A program made the position numbers and the translations under genes. A DNA stretch of 64,000 nt from Escherichia coli (GTDB lineage: Bacteria > Pseudomonadota > Gammaproteobacteria > Enterobacterales > Enterobacteriaceae), in the NCBI RefSeq assembly GCF_003334355.1, contig NZ_QOWP01000020.1, one strand, 5' to 3'. The first letter of the stretch is position 1. Each line of letters opens with the position of its first letter. The notes beneath the pieces are model-generated. The model was given only the letters and a program-made list of their open reading frames with translations. It was not told the DNA's origin and did no database searches. Shown one piece after another: positions 17,474 through 29,587 of this stretch.

Positions 17474-17647
17474 TTAGCAGGCGCGTATCCTCGCAGATCT
17501 ACGCTCACGATGCGACAATTTAATCGGTTCTTCATCGGGTGGTGGGTCAGGCATGGGTTGCGGGCGAGGGATCGGATCGGGCACTGGAACAGGATCGCCA
17601 GGAATCGGTTCAGGGACAGGAATTTGCAAATAAATAAGTGTCGTCAT
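17474..17647 (-). CDS. Small proline-rich protein (57 aa), immediately upstream of dbpA
   Basis: Below the ORF-track cutoff. A good SD precedes the start (gagggaaatATG). The product is MTTLIYLQIPVPEPIPGDPVPVPDPIPRPQPMPDPPPDEEPIKLSHRERRSARIRAC. The stop is 29 nt before the dbpA ATG. This may correspond to a K-12 small-protein annotation, but I am not sure which one. Confidence 0.5.
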   Translation of the reverse strand: MTTLIYLQIPVPEPIPGDPVPVPDPIPRPQPMPDPPPDEEPIKLSHRERRSARIRAC

Positions 17648-17704
17648 ATTTCCCTCTGGTCATTGGGTGGACTCTTAAAGGGTAGACGCTGATAAATAAC
17701 AGGC

Positions 17705-17826
17705 AAAAAAAAGCCGACTCATCAAAGTCGGCGTCGTACGAATCAATTGTGCTATGCAGTAATTCAAAAAAGGAAGTAAGACAATATGGAGCGCAACGCC
17801 CATCGCTTGACGTTGCATTCACCTGC
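17705..17826 (-). ncRNA. fnrS: FNR-activated small RNA FnrS
   Basis: The reverse complement reads GCAGGTGAATGCAACGTCAAGCGATGGGCGTTGCGCTCCATATTGTCTTACTTCC...GCCGACTTTGATGAGTCGGCTTTTTTTT. I recognise this as the 122-nt FnrS including its terminator. Confidence 0.9.
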
Positions 17827-17861
17827 AAGAGAGATATTGCCCTGAATGGGTAGAGAGTTTA

Positions 17862-17875
17862 TTGACTTCGCTCAA
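17862..17875. promoter_or_regulatory. FNR box of the fnrS promoter
   Basis: ttgacttcgctcaa fits TTGAT-N4-ATCAA. It is centred about 42 bp upstream of the FnrS 5' end, which is class II spacing. Confidence 0.75.
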
Positions 17876-17921
17876 ACTTTGCGGCGTTTTTGTATACAGA
17901 CAGCCGGAAAAATTGCTTTTG

Positions 17922-18926
<1,005 letters not shown>

Positions 18927-19159
18927 TTATTTTGTAGTCTAGCCTTCTGGCCCTGTTACGCAACATCTCATCACCCCATTACCCTGAAATGATTAATAAA
19001 ATTCTGTCTAAATTGAATACAAAAAGCAAAATGCTTTTCCGTATACAAACCGTGTGAAGTGTTAAATAGCGTCTATCATTATCAGAATTATCTGATCATA
19101 TGACGTGGCTTTTTTGCGATCGGATAGCAACAAAAATTGATAAAAATAACGGGATCTCA

Positions 19160-20392
19160 ATGATTACGCACAACTTCAATACCCTGGACTTACTCACCAG
19201 TCCTGTCTGGATCGTTTCGCCCTTTGAGGAACAGTTAATTTATGCCAATAGCGCGGCGAAACTGTTGATGCAAGACCTCACGTTTAGTCAGCTACGAACC
19301 GGACCCTATTCCGTCTCCTCACAAAAAGAACTGCCGAAATACCTCTCCGATCTGCAAAACCAACACGATATTATCGAAATCCTCACTGTTCAGCGTAAAG
19401 AAGAGGAAACAGCATTGAGCTGTCGGCTTGTTTTGCGAAAGCTGACAGAAACAGAACCGGTGATTATTTTCGAAGGTATCGAAGCGCCGGCAACGCTGGG
19501 TTTAAAAGCCAGTCGCTCGGCAAATTATCAGCGCAAAAAACAAGGTTTTTATGCGCGCTTTTTTCTGACTAACTCTGCACCAATGTTGTTGATTGACCCG
19601 TCACGAGATGGACAAATCGTCGATGCTAACCTCGCCGCGCTCAATTTCTATGGTTATAACCATGAAACGATGTGCCAGAAACATACCTGGGAAATAAATA
19701 TGCTCGGGCGTCGCGTCATGCCTATCATGCATGAAATCTCGCATTTACCCGGTGGTCATAAACCTTTGAATTTTGTTCATAAACTGGCGGATGGTTCGAC
19801 TGGTCATGTGCAGACCTATGCCGGACCGATTGAAATTTATGGCGACAAGCTCATGTTATGTATTGTGCATGATATTACTGAGCAAAAACGGCTGGAGGAG
19901 CAGCTGGAACATGCTGCTCACCATGACGCGATGACCGGATTACTGAATCGGCGACAGTTTTATCACATTACGGAACCAGGCCAAATGCAGCATCTCGCCA
20001 TCGCTCAGGATTACAGCTTGTTGCTCATCGACACCGATCGTTTTAAACACATTAACGATCTCTATGGGCATTCTAAAGGTGATGAGGTGTTATGCGCCCT
20101 CGCCCGCACCCTCGAAAGTTGCGCTCGCAAAGGCGATTTGGTGTTTCGTTGGGGAGGCGAAGAGTTTGTCTTATTGCTACCAAGAACCCCACTGGATACC
20201 GCGCTTTCGCTGGCTGAAACTATCCGCGTAAGCGTGGCAAAAGTGAGTATTTCGGGCTTACCACGCTTTACCGTCAGCATTGGTGTGGCGCATCACGAAG
20301 GAAATGAAAGCATCGATGAACTGTTTAAACGCGTTGATGATGCTTTGTATCGGGCGAAAAATGATGGACGCAACCGCGTGCTGGCGGCATAA
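19160..20392 (+). CDS. dgcM: Diguanylate cyclase DgcM (YdaM), PAS-PAS-GGDEF
   Basis: 410-aa product from MITHNFNTLDLLTSPVWIVSPF... with the GGEEF active site. It lies inside track ORF 19100..20392. Confidence 0.9.
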   Translation: MITHNFNTLDLLTSPVWIVSPFEEQLIYANSAAKLLMQDLTFSQLRTGPYSVSSQKELPKYLSDLQNQHDIIEILTVQRKEEETALSCRLVLRKLTETEPVIIFEGIEAPATLGLKASRSANYQRKKQGFYARFFLTNSAPMLLIDPSRDGQIVDANLAALNFYGYNHETMCQKHTWEINMLGRRVMPIMHEISHLPGGHKPLNFVHKLADGSTGHVQTYAGPIEIYGDKLMLCIVHDITEQKRLEEQLEHAAHHDAMTGLLNRRQFYHITEPGQMQHLAIAQDYSLLLIDTDRFKHINDLYGHSKGDEVLCALARTLESCARKGDLVFRWGGEEFVLLLPRTPLDTALSLAETIRVSVAKVSISGLPRFTVSIGVAHHEGNESIDELFKRVDDALYRAKNDGRNRVLAA

Positions 20393-20412
20393 GCCGCGGA
20401 TGCGTCTCGAGA

Positions 20413-20976
20413 TCAACGACTGCGCTTAGCGTGGCGCTCCCAGTTTTCTTGCTTCGCCTGCGCCGTTTTACGTAGTGCGACGTAACACGCCCCGCTGCCG
20501 CCATGATGCGGTAGCGCGGTGCAATATGCCTGAACATCATCAAATTCGGTCAGCCAGCGCGCCACATAGCTGCGGACAATATTGGCATGCGATTTATCAT
20601 CCCGCCCTTTACCATGAATAATCAGCACGTTACGCAAACCATCCGCCAGGGCTTGTTGAATAAAACTGAACACCATTTTGCGGCACTCTTCCACCGGCTG
20701 GCGCAAAAGATTCAGGCTCGCCTGTTGCGGATATTTACCACTGCGCAGCTTATCCAGCACCCCATGTTGCAACCCTTCCCGCCGAAACTCCAGCGGCTGA
20801 CTTAGTGGGATGATGTCGAGAAATCCGGTGGTGAGGAAATTATCAAGCTGCAGCGTGTCGATACGCTGCGGCGCACGTTGGTTACGCGTTGGATGCCAGT
20901 GGACATCGGTAGCACGTTTCAGCGGCTGGACATCTTCCATGGCGTCAAGAAACAGCGATTTGTCGTCAAGGTTCAT
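20413..20976 (-). CDS. smrA: Smr-domain DNA endonuclease SmrA (YdaL)
   Basis: 187-aa ORF with a C-terminal Smr domain (LIIHGKGRD...). Confidence 0.9.
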   Translation of the reverse strand: MNLDDKSLFLDAMEDVQPLKRATDVHWHPTRNQRAPQRIDTLQLDNFLTTGFLDIIPLSQPLEFRREGLQHGVLDKLRSGKYPQQASLNLLRQPVEECRKMVFSFIQQALADGLRNVLIIHGKGRDDKSHANIVRSYVARWLTEFDDVQAYCTALPHHGGSGACYVALRKTAQAKQENWERHAKRSR

Positions 20977-21203
20977 GTTACATCCTCCCGCAATTAAGAG
21001 CGCGATATGATAACCAGACCGGGTCGGTCCAACAACGTATTACCCAAATTTCCAGTAATAAGTTCCAAATATTGCCGATATTTTAAGCAAAATACTTATG
21101 CATGATTATTCATTCACGATATTAATAATGTAACTTATATTTTCGTGAAATCTGTCACTGAAGAAAATTGGCAACTAAAGGTTAAAACCGTTATAACACA
21201 GTC

Positions 21204-21297
21204 ACCGGCGCAGAGGAGACAATGCCGGATTTAAGACGCGGATGCACTGCTGTGTGTACTGTAGAGTCTGGCGGATGTCGACAGACTCTATTTTTTT
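21204..21297 (+). ncRNA. mcaS: Small RNA McaS (IsrA)
   Basis: ACCGGCGCAGAGGAGACAATGCCGGATTTAAGACGCGGATGCACTGCTGTGTGTACTGTAGAGTCTGGCGGATGTCGACAGACTCTATTTTTTT is recognised as McaS. The terminator hairpin and T-run are present. It lies in the smrA-abgR gap. Confidence 0.9.
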
Positions 21298-21305
21298 ATG
21301 CAGTT

Positions 21306-22214
21306 TTAACTTTGCAGATAGCCGCATTCTCGCCGGAATTGCGTGATTAATGACGCGGTCAGTGGTGTCTGGCGACTATCACGCCGCTGAATCAAATAAT
21401 AGGCCGCTTTCGGTAAAATTTCGCTAACCGGCAACATCACCAGCCCCTGTCCGTGCAAGGGATCGCAGCCCATTTCTTCAGGCAGTATGCTGAGAAAATC
21501 GCTTTTTGCCACCAGACTGATACAGGCTGAGAACGTCTCGCAGACTACACCGACCTGTGGCGTTTGCGCCTGATCGTCAAGCAATTCACTCAACTGTTTG
21601 TAGTAACTGCCGTGTGGCGTCGGCATTGTCCAGCTGTAATCCAGTAACTGTTTGATCGAACGGGCACCAATGGCGGGGTGTCCCGGGCGGCAAAAGATCG
21701 CGAATTGCTTTTCCAGTAATTTCTCAAAAGTAAATTCGTGGTCGTACGGTCCCTGATAATAGGTATTGATGGTGAAATCCAATTCTCCCTGACGCAATTC
21801 ATTAATCATCGACACCAGTTGCCCTTCCATAATGCGTACTTTTACCTGCGGATGCTGCTGATGAAAACGAGATATGACAGCTGGCATCAGACTGCGGGAA
21901 ATACTGGCCCCCATGCCGATATTAATCTGCCCTGCCAGTTGCCCTTGTCGTTGGCGAATATCCTCTTGGGCTGCGCGCAGCTCTTCAAGAATAAGACTGG
22001 CGTGCTGATAAAAACTTTCACCGGCATCAGTTAACGTCACGCCTTTACTACGGCGAAAAAAGAGTTGCGCCGCTAACCCTTCTTCCAGCTCCTGAATAGA
22101 TTTACTCAGTGCCGGTTGCGACATATTCAACATTCGGCTCGCTCCGCGAATGCTGCCCTGACGAGCCACTTCAACAAAAGCCCGAATTTGATGAATTTTT
22201 ACCTGAAAAGCCAT
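21306..22214 (-). CDS. abgR: LysR-family regulator AbgR
   Basis: 302-aa ORF with an N-terminal LysR HTH, divergent from abgA. Confidence 0.9.
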   Translation of the reverse strand: MAFQVKIHQIRAFVEVARQGSIRGASRMLNMSQPALSKSIQELEEGLAAQLFFRRSKGVTLTDAGESFYQHASLILEELRAAQEDIRQRQGQLAGQINIGMGASISRSLMPAVISRFHQQHPQVKVRIMEGQLVSMINELRQGELDFTINTYYQGPYDHEFTFEKLLEKQFAIFCRPGHPAIGARSIKQLLDYSWTMPTPHGSYYKQLSELLDDQAQTPQVGVVCETFSACISLVAKSDFLSILPEEMGCDPLHGQGLVMLPVSEILPKAAYYLIQRRDSRQTPLTASLITQFRRECGYLQS

Positions 22215-22389
22215 GACGCCACCGATAACCGTTATTTATCAGACCAAAGAAACTGGCATCTACTTTAATGCAGATGATTGTGTCAGGGTAATTTATGAAC
22301 GGTTAAAACTGTGAAAAATCAGTTAGTGATAAGTAAAAACTATCGCTACGTGAACCGGGTCACACTTTTTACTGATGACGGGAAAGGTT

Positions 22390-23700
22390 ATGGAGTCTTT
22401 GAATCAATTTGTTAATTCGCTTGCCCCAAAATTATCGCACTGGCGACGTGATTTTCATCACTATGCAGAGTCTGGCTGGGTGGAATTCCGCACTGCCACC
22501 CTTGTTGCGGAAGAATTGCAGCAGCTCGGCTATTCACTGGCGCTGGGCCGCGAAGTAGTTAATGAAAGTAGCCGGATGGGACTACCTGATGAACTCACTC
22601 TACAACGCGAATTCGAGCGCGCTCGTCAACAGGGTGCGCTAGCACAATGGATTGCGGTTTTTGAAGGTGGTTTCACGGGTATCGTCGCCACCCTGGATAC
22701 CGGTCGCCCCGGTCCGGTGATGGCTTTCCGTGTCGATATGGACGCGCTGGATCTCAGTGAAGAGCAGGATGTCAGCCATCGCCCCTACCGCGACGGTTTT
22801 GCGTCATGTAACGCCGGAATGATGCATGCCTGTGGTCATGATGGACATACCGCCATTGGGCTTGGGCTGGCGCATACCCTTAAACAATTCGAGTCCGGAC
22901 TACATGGCGTCATCAAACTGATTTTTCAGCCTGCAGAGGAAGGTACGCGTGGCGCGCGGGCGATGGTCGATGCAGGTGTCGTAGATGATGTTGATTATTT
23001 TACTGCCGTGCACATTGGCACTGGCGTACCTGCGGGCACCGTGGTGTGCGGCAGTGATAATTTTATGGCAACCACCAAATTTGACGCGCACTTCACCGGT
23101 ACCGCCGCTCACGCAGGCGCAAAACCAGAAGACGGTCACAATGCCTTGTTGGCGGCAGCACAAGCCACTCTTGCACTGCATGCAATCGCCCCGCACAGCG
23201 AAGGAGCTTCCAGAGTAAACGTGGGCGTTATGCAGGCAGGAAGCGGTCGTAACGTTGTTCCTGCCTCGGCGTTGCTGAAAGTGGAAACACGCGGGGCCAG
23301 CGACGTCATTAATCAATATGTTTTTGACCGTGCACAACAAGCGATTCAGGGCGCAGCAACCATGTATGGTGTCGGCGTTGAAACTCGTCTGATGGGTGCA
23401 GCTACCGCCAGTTCTCCTTCGCCGCAATGGGTCGCATGGTTGCAAAGTCAGGCGGCTCAGGTCGCGGGGGTCAATCAGGCCATTGAACGTGTTGAAGCGC
23501 CTGCGGGTTCCGAAGATGCCACATTAATGATGGCCCGCGTGCAGCAACATCAAGGGCAAGCCTCCTACGTGGTGTTTGGCACACAGCTGGCGGCAGGTCA
23601 TCACAACGAAAAATTCGATTTTGACGAGCAGGTTCTCGCTATTGCCGTCGAAACGCTGGCGCGCACCGCGCTCAATTTTCCCTGGACGCGAGGTATCTGA
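22390..23700 (+). CDS. abgA: p-Aminobenzoyl-glutamate hydrolase subunit A (M20 peptidase)
   Basis: 436-aa product from MESLNQFVNSLAPKLSHWRRDFHHYAESGW..., inside track ORF 22375..23700. Confidence 0.9.
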   Translation: MESLNQFVNSLAPKLSHWRRDFHHYAESGWVEFRTATLVAEELQQLGYSLALGREVVNESSRMGLPDELTLQREFERARQQGALAQWIAVFEGGFTGIVATLDTGRPGPVMAFRVDMDALDLSEEQDVSHRPYRDGFASCNAGMMHACGHDGHTAIGLGLAHTLKQFESGLHGVIKLIFQPAEEGTRGARAMVDAGVVDDVDYFTAVHIGTGVPAGTVVCGSDNFMATTKFDAHFTGTAAHAGAKPEDGHNALLAAAQATLALHAIAPHSEGASRVNVGVMQAGSGRNVVPASALLKVETRGASDVINQYVFDRAQQAIQGAATMYGVGVETRLMGAATASSPSPQWVAWLQSQAAQVAGVNQAIERVEAPAGSEDATLMMARVQQHQGQASYVVFGTQLAAGHHNEKFDFDEQVLAIAVETLARTALNFPWTRGI

Positions 23701-25145
23701 TGCAGGAAATCTATCGTTTTATCGACGATGCGATTGAAGCCGATCGCCAACGTTATACCGATATTGCCGATCAAATCTGGGATCATCCAGAAACACGTTT
23801 TGAAGAGTTCTGGTCAGCGGAGCATCTGGCTTCGGCGCTGGAATCTGCAGGCTTCACCGTTACCCGCAACGTAGGCAATATCCCAAATGCCTTTATTGCT
23901 TCGTTTGGTCAAGGCAAACCGGTTATCGCCCTGCTGGGAGAATATGACGCCCTGGCAGGTTTAAGTCAGCAAGCTGGTTGCGCGCAACCTATATCCGCGA
24001 CGCCCGGTGAAAATGGTCACGGTTGCGGACACAATTTGCTGGGAACCGCCGCCTTTGCCGCTGCAATAGCCGTCAAGAAATGGCTGGAACAATATGGGCA
24101 AGGCGGCACAGTGCGCTTTTATGGTTGTCCTGGCGAAGAAGGCGGCTCGGGTAAAACGTTCATGGTCCGCGAGGGGGTATTTGATGATGTGGATGCGGCA
24201 CTCACCTGGCACCCGGAAGCCTTTGCCGGCATGTTCAATACCCGCACGCTGGCAAACATTCAGGCATCATGGCGCTTTAAAGGGATCGCAGCACATGCCG
24301 CGAATTCCCCTCATTTGGGACGCAGCGCCCTTGATGCCGTAACGTTGATGACCACTGGCACCAACTTCCTCAACGAACATATTATTGAAAAAGCGCGCGT
24401 ACACTATGCCATCACAAATAGCGGCGGGATCTCACCCAACGTGGTCCAGGCGCAGGCAGAAGTGCTTTATCTTATCCGCGCCCCCGAAATGACCGACGTG
24501 CAGCATATTTATGATCGGGTCGCCAAAATCGCCGAAGGTGCGGCATTGATGACCGAAACCACGGTTGAATGCCGCTTCGACAAAGCCTGTTCCAGTTATC
24601 TCCCGAATCGCACCTTAGAAAATGCCATGTACCGAGCCCTATCCCATTTTGGTACCCCGGAATGGAACTCCGAAGAACTGGCTTTTGCGAAACAAATTCA
24701 GGCTACGCTCACCTCCAACGATCGGCAAAACAGTCTGAATAATATCGCCGCAACCGGTGGCGAAAACGGCAAGGTTTTTGCACTACGTCATCGTGAAACG
24801 GTACTGGCGAATGAAGTCGCTCCATATGCCGCCACCGATAACGTGCTTGCAGCATCGACAGATGTCGGCGACGTCAGTTGGAAACTGCCTGTTGCCCAGT
24901 GTTTCAGCCCCTGTTTTGCCGTCGGTACACCGCTACATACGTGGCAACTGGTTAGCCAGGGGCGAACATCTATTGCTCATAAAGGAATGCTGCTCGCGGC
25001 GAAAACTATGGCTGCAACCACAGTCAATCTCTTCATTGATTCAGGGCTATTGCAAGAATGCCAACAAGAGCATCAGCAAGTTACGGACACGCAACCGTAT
25101 CACTGCCCTATCCCGAAAAACGTGACACCGTCACCTTTAAAATAA
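23700..25145 (+). CDS. abgB: p-Aminobenzoyl-glutamate hydrolase subunit B
   Basis: 481-aa ORF. Its ATG overlaps the abgA stop. Confidence 0.9.
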   Translation: MQEIYRFIDDAIEADRQRYTDIADQIWDHPETRFEEFWSAEHLASALESAGFTVTRNVGNIPNAFIASFGQGKPVIALLGEYDALAGLSQQAGCAQPISATPGENGHGCGHNLLGTAAFAAAIAVKKWLEQYGQGGTVRFYGCPGEEGGSGKTFMVREGVFDDVDAALTWHPEAFAGMFNTRTLANIQASWRFKGIAAHAANSPHLGRSALDAVTLMTTGTNFLNEHIIEKARVHYAITNSGGISPNVVQAQAEVLYLIRAPEMTDVQHIYDRVAKIAEGAALMTETTVECRFDKACSSYLPNRTLENAMYRALSHFGTPEWNSEELAFAKQIQATLTSNDRQNSLNNIAATGGENGKVFALRHRETVLANEVAPYAATDNVLAASTDVGDVSWKLPVAQCFSPCFAVGTPLHTWQLVSQGRTSIAHKGMLLAAKTMAATTVNLFIDSGLLQECQQEHQQVTDTQPYHCPIPKNVTPSPLK

Positions 25146-25178
25146 CAACAACGCAAACACAACAACCGAGGAATGTCC

Positions 25179-26705
25179 ATGAGTATGTCATCCATACCGT
25201 CATCCTCCCAATCCGGGAAGCTCTATGGCTGGGTCGAAAGAATTGGTAACAAGGTTCCCCATCCTTTTTTGCTCTTTATCTATTTGATTATCGTACTCAT
25301 GGTGACGACGGCAATTTTGTCGGCCTTTGGCGTCAGTGCGAAAAACCCGACCGATGGTACGCCGGTCGTGGTGAAAAACCTGCTCAGTGTGGAAGGATTA
25401 CACTGGTTTTTACCCAATGTTATTAAAAACTTTAGCGGTTTTGCCCCACTTGGCGCGATCCTGGCGCTGGTTTTAGGTGCCGGTCTGGCGGAGCGCGTCG
25501 GCTTACTGCCAGCGCTAATGGTTAAAATGGCATCGCATGTTAATGCCCGCTACGCCAGTTATATGGTGCTGTTTATTGCTTTTTTCAGCCACATTTCTTC
25601 CGATGCGGCGTTAGTGATCATGCCACCGATGGGTGCGCTGATTTTTCTGGCGGTGGGCAGACATCCAGTTGCAGGTTTACTGGCCGCCATTGCAGGCGTA
25701 GGTTGCGGCTTTACGGCTAATTTACTGATTGTCACAACCGACGTGTTGCTGTCGGGGATCAGCACGGAAGCGGCGGCTGCGTTCAATCCGCAAATGCACG
25801 TCAGTGTAATTGATAACTGGTATTTTATGGCCAGCTCCGTAGTCGTACTGACGATTGTTGGCGGCCTGATAACCGACAAAATCATCGAACCACGGTTAGG
25901 TCAATGGCAGGGAAACAGCGATGAGAAACTGCAGACATTGACCGAAAGTCAGCGTTTTGGTTTACGCATAGCAGGTGTCGTATCGCTACTTTTTATTGCT
26001 GCGATTGCGCTGATGGTGATCCCGGAAAACGGGATATTGCGCGATCCGATTAATCACACCGTGATGCCATCACCCTTTATTAAAGGTATCGTGCCACTGA
26101 TCATTCTTTTTTTCTTTGTGGTCTCGCTGGCTTATGGCATCGCTACTCGCACAATTCGACGTCAGGCGGATTTACCGCATTTAATGATTGAACCGATGAA
26201 AGAGATGGCGGGATTTATCGTGATGGTTTTTCCCCTCGCCCAGTTTGTCGCCATGTTTAACTGGAGCAACATGGGGAAATTCATCGCCGTGGGGCTGACC
26301 GATATACTGGAAAGTTCAGGGCTTAGCGGCATCCCGGCGTTTGTCGGTCTGGCGTTGCTTTCCTCTTTCTTATGCATGTTTATCGCCAGCGGTTCCGCAA
26401 TCTGGTCGATTCTGGCCCCCATTTTCGTACCAATGTTTATGCTACTTGGCTTTCACCCGGCATTTGCGCAAATCCTCTTTCGTATTGCCGACTCATCCGT
26501 ATTGCCTTTAGCGCCAGTATCTCCTTTTGTTCCACTGTTTCTTGGATTCCTGCAACGCTACAAACCAGACGCGAAACTGGGTACTTACTATTCGTTAGTC
26601 TTGCCCTATCCACTTATCTTTTTGGTGGTATGGCTGCTGATGTTGCTGGCGTGGTATCTTGTCGGTCTGCCGATAGGTCCGGGTATTTACCCACGTTTGT
26701 CTTAA
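25179..26705 (+). CDS. abgT: p-Aminobenzoyl-glutamate transporter AbgT
   Basis: A polytopic membrane ORF of 510 aa in the track. The K-12 product is 508 aa, so I place the start at the third Met. Confidence 0.9.
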
Positions 26706-26715
26706 GAGAGAACGG

Positions 26716-27231
26716 ATGCTGAGATTACTTGAAGAAAAAATTGCCACGCCACTGGGTCCACTGTGGGTGATTTGCGATGAGCAATTTCGCCTGCGGGCGG
26801 TTGAATGGGAAGAGTACAGCGAACGCATGGTGCAGCTGCTGGACATCCATTATCGCAAAGAAGGCTATGAGCGCATTTCTGCCACCAATCCAGGCGGTTT
26901 AAGCGACAAGCTTCGTGAATATTTTGCCGGTAATCTTAGCATTATTGATACGCTTCCCACTGCTACGGGGGGGACGCCATTTCAGCGCGAAGTCTGGAAA
27001 ACACTACGCACTATCCCCTGCGGGCAGGTAATGCATTACGGCCAACTGGCTGAGCAATTGGGCCGTCCTGGCGCGGCGCGTGCCGTTGGTGCGGCAAACG
27101 GATCGAATCCCATCAGCATCGTCGTACCTTGCCATCGGGTTATTGGCCGAAACGGCACCATGACCGGATATGCAGGCGGAGTTCAGCGAAAAGAGTGGTT
27201 ATTGCGCCATGAAGGTTATCTTTTGCTGTAA
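26716..27231 (+). CDS. ogt: O6-alkylguanine-DNA methyltransferase Ogt
   Basis: 171-aa ORF with the active site PCHRV. Confidence 0.95.
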
Positions 27232-27392
27232 ACATTAAACAATTTGTGCCAGCTTGTTCACACTTTTATGTAAAGTTACCCTTAGCAACTTAAGGGTTTT
27301 CAAATAGATAGACATATATTTACATCTAATATCGGAATTCTCTGCTGTTAAGGTTTGCTTAGGCTTACTTGCTCCCTAAAAAGATGTTAAAA

Positions 27393-27406
27393 TTGACAAA
27401 TATCAA
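27393..27406. promoter_or_regulatory. FNR box in the fnr promoter (autoregulation)
   Basis: ttgacaaatatcaa fits TTGAT-N4-ATCAA. It lies 20 bp upstream of the fnr ATG. Confidence 0.7.
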
Positions 27407-27425
27407 TTACGGCTTGAGCAGACCT

Positions 27426-28178
27426 ATGATCCCGGAAAAGCGAATTATACGGCGCATTCAGTCTGGCGGTTGTGCTATCCATTGCCAGGATTGCAGCATC
27501 AGCCAGCTTTGCATCCCGTTCACACTCAACGAACATGAGCTTGATCAGCTTGATAATATCATTGAGCGGAAGAAGCCTATTCAGAAAGGCCAGACGCTGT
27601 TTAAGGCTGGTGATGAACTTAAATCGCTTTATGCCATCCGCTCCGGTACGATTAAAAGTTATACCATCACTGAGCAAGGCGACGAGCAAATCACTGGTTT
27701 CCATTTAGCAGGCGACCTGGTGGGATTTGACGCCATCGGCAGCGGCCATCACCCGAGCTTCGCGCAGGCGCTGGAAACCTCGATGGTATGTGAAATCCCG
27801 TTCGAAACGCTGGACGATTTGTCCGGTAAAATGCCGAATCTGCGTCAGCAGATGATGCGTCTGATGAGCGGTGAAATCAAAGGCGATCAGGACATGATCC
27901 TGCTGTTGTCGAAGAAAAATGCCGAGGAACGTCTGGCTGCATTCATCTACAACCTGTCCCGTCGTTTTGCCCAACGCGGCTTCTCCCCTCGTGAATTCCG
28001 CCTGACGATGACTCGTGGCGATATCGGTAACTATCTGGGCCTGACGGTAGAAACCATCAGCCGTCTGCTGGGTCGCTTCCAGAAAAGCGGCATGCTGGCA
28101 GTCAAAGGTAAATACATCACCATCGAAAATAACGATGCGCTGGCCCAGCTTGCTGGTCATACGCGTAACGTTGCCTGA
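27426..28178 (+). CDS. fnr: Anaerobic global regulator FNR
   Basis: 250-aa product [32 protein letters not shown]... with the N-terminal Cys cluster. Confidence 0.97.
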
Positions 28179-28329
28179 TTTTTCCGCATAACTCACTATC
28201 CTTCTGTCATATCATTAAATTTTTCTGATTTATTGATCTGGCAGAAGGTTCATCACTGTTTCATTCACCAGATATGGGTTAATCTTTTAATTACAAACTG
28301 CGTTGACAGTTGTTGTAAGGAGACCCTGT

Positions 28330-29280
28330 ATGGCTATGTATCAGAACATGCTCGTTGTTATCGATCCTAACCAGGACGACCAACCAGCATTGCGGCGAGC
28401 TGTTTATTTACATCAACGGATTGGTGGCAAAATTAAAGCCTTTTTGCCGATCTATGACTTCTCATACGAAATGACCACCCTGCTCTCCCCGGACGAACGT
28501 ACCGCTATGCGTCAGGGCGTCATCAGCCAGCGTACAGCCTGGATCCACGAGCAGGCAAAATATTATCTCAATGCTGGCGTTCCCATTGAAATTAAAGTGG
28601 TCTGGCATAACCGTCCTTTCGAAGCCATCATTCAGGAAGTGATCAGCGGCGGGCACGATTTGGTGCTAAAAATGGCGCACCAACATGACCGTCTGGAAGC
28701 GGTGATTTTTACGCCAACGGACTGGCATCTGTTACGCAAATGCCCAAGCCCGGTGTGGATGGTGAAAGACCAGCCGTGGCCGGAAGGAGGTAAGGCGCTG
28801 GTGGCGGTGAATCTCGCCAGTGAAGAGCCGTATCATAATGCGCTCAATGAAAAACTGGTCAAAGAGACGATCGAACTGGCAGAACAAGTCAACCATACCG
28901 AAGTTCATCTGGTTGGCGCTTACCCAGTAACGCCAATTAATATCGCGATTGAACTGCCGGAATTTGATCCGAGCGTTTATAACGATGCCATTCGTGGGCA
29001 ACATTTGCTGGCAATGAAAGCCCTGCGGCAGAAATTCGGCATTAATGAAAACATGACGCACGTAGAAAAAGGTCTGCCAGAAGAGGTGATTCCTGATTTG
29101 GCGGAGCACTTACAGGCGGGGATTGTGGTTCTGGGCACGGTAGGACGCACCGGTATTTCAGCAGCATTCCTCGGCAACACGGCGGAACAGGTGATTGATC
29201 ATCTTCGCTGCGACCTGCTGGTCATTAAACCTGACCAGTATCAGACACCCGTTGAACTGGATGACGAAGAAGACGATTAA
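28330..29280 (+). CDS. uspE: Universal stress protein E (tandem Usp domains)
   Basis: 316-aa product from [25 protein letters not shown]... Confidence 0.95.
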   Translation: MAMYQNMLVVIDPNQDDQPALRRAVYLHQRIGGKIKAFLPIYDFSYEMTTLLSPDERTAMRQGVISQRTAWIHEQAKYYLNAGVPIEIKVVWHNRPFEAIIQEVISGGHDLVLKMAHQHDRLEAVIFTPTDWHLLRKCPSPVWMVKDQPWPEGGKALVAVNLASEEPYHNALNEKLVKETIELAEQVNHTEVHLVGAYPVTPINIAIELPEFDPSVYNDAIRGQHLLAMKALRQKFGINENMTHVEKGLPEEVIPDLAEHLQAGIVVLGTVGRTGISAAFLGNTAEQVIDHLRCDLLVIKPDQYQTPVELDDEEDD

Positions 29281-29300
29281 CGACTCTTCAATAACTGACA

Positions 29301-29327
29301 AGGCCCGAGTTATCGGGCCTATTTTTT
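29301..29327 (+). terminator. uspE rho-independent terminator
   Basis: Stem aggcccga/tcgggcct with loop gtta, followed by attttttt. Confidence 0.8.
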
Positions 29328-29329
29328 AC

Positions 29330-29587
29330 TTACTGCTCTTCGCCGCCAAGGAAATAAATTCCCAACGGGATTGCCAGCAACACAGTAAAGACCAGGCTAT
29401 AAACAAAAATCATCGATGACTGAATCACATACATTGATGTCGTCCACTCAGACAGCGGAATATTGTACTGTTCTATAACGCCGCCGATGGTCGCGCGAGT
29501 CACAACCGACGCCGCAATAATGAAAACCGCCAACAAACCAAAGAGAAATTTCTTCCCTTTCGCTGACTTCAGTTTCGCCATAATCAT
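29330..29587 (-). CDS. ynaJ: Small inner-membrane protein YnaJ
   Basis: 85-aa ORF with two predicted TM helices. Confidence 0.85.
   Translation of the reverse strand: MIMAKLKSAKGKKFLFGLLAVFIIAASVVTRATIGGVIEQYNIPLSEWTTSMYVIQSSMIFVYSLVFTVLLAIPLGIYFLGGEEQ

Noticed and set aside
27705-28196. 163-aa ORF antisense to fnr. Similar long antisense ORFs occur at 48191..49279 (ycjS/ycjR), 49973..50725 (ycjQ), 51915..52379 (ycjO), 59704..60234 (puuE) and 61657..62127 (puuC).
   Set aside because: All lie fully within well-supported genes on the other strand. They are typical GC-rich shadow frames (Arg/Ala/His-rich) and lack independent signals.
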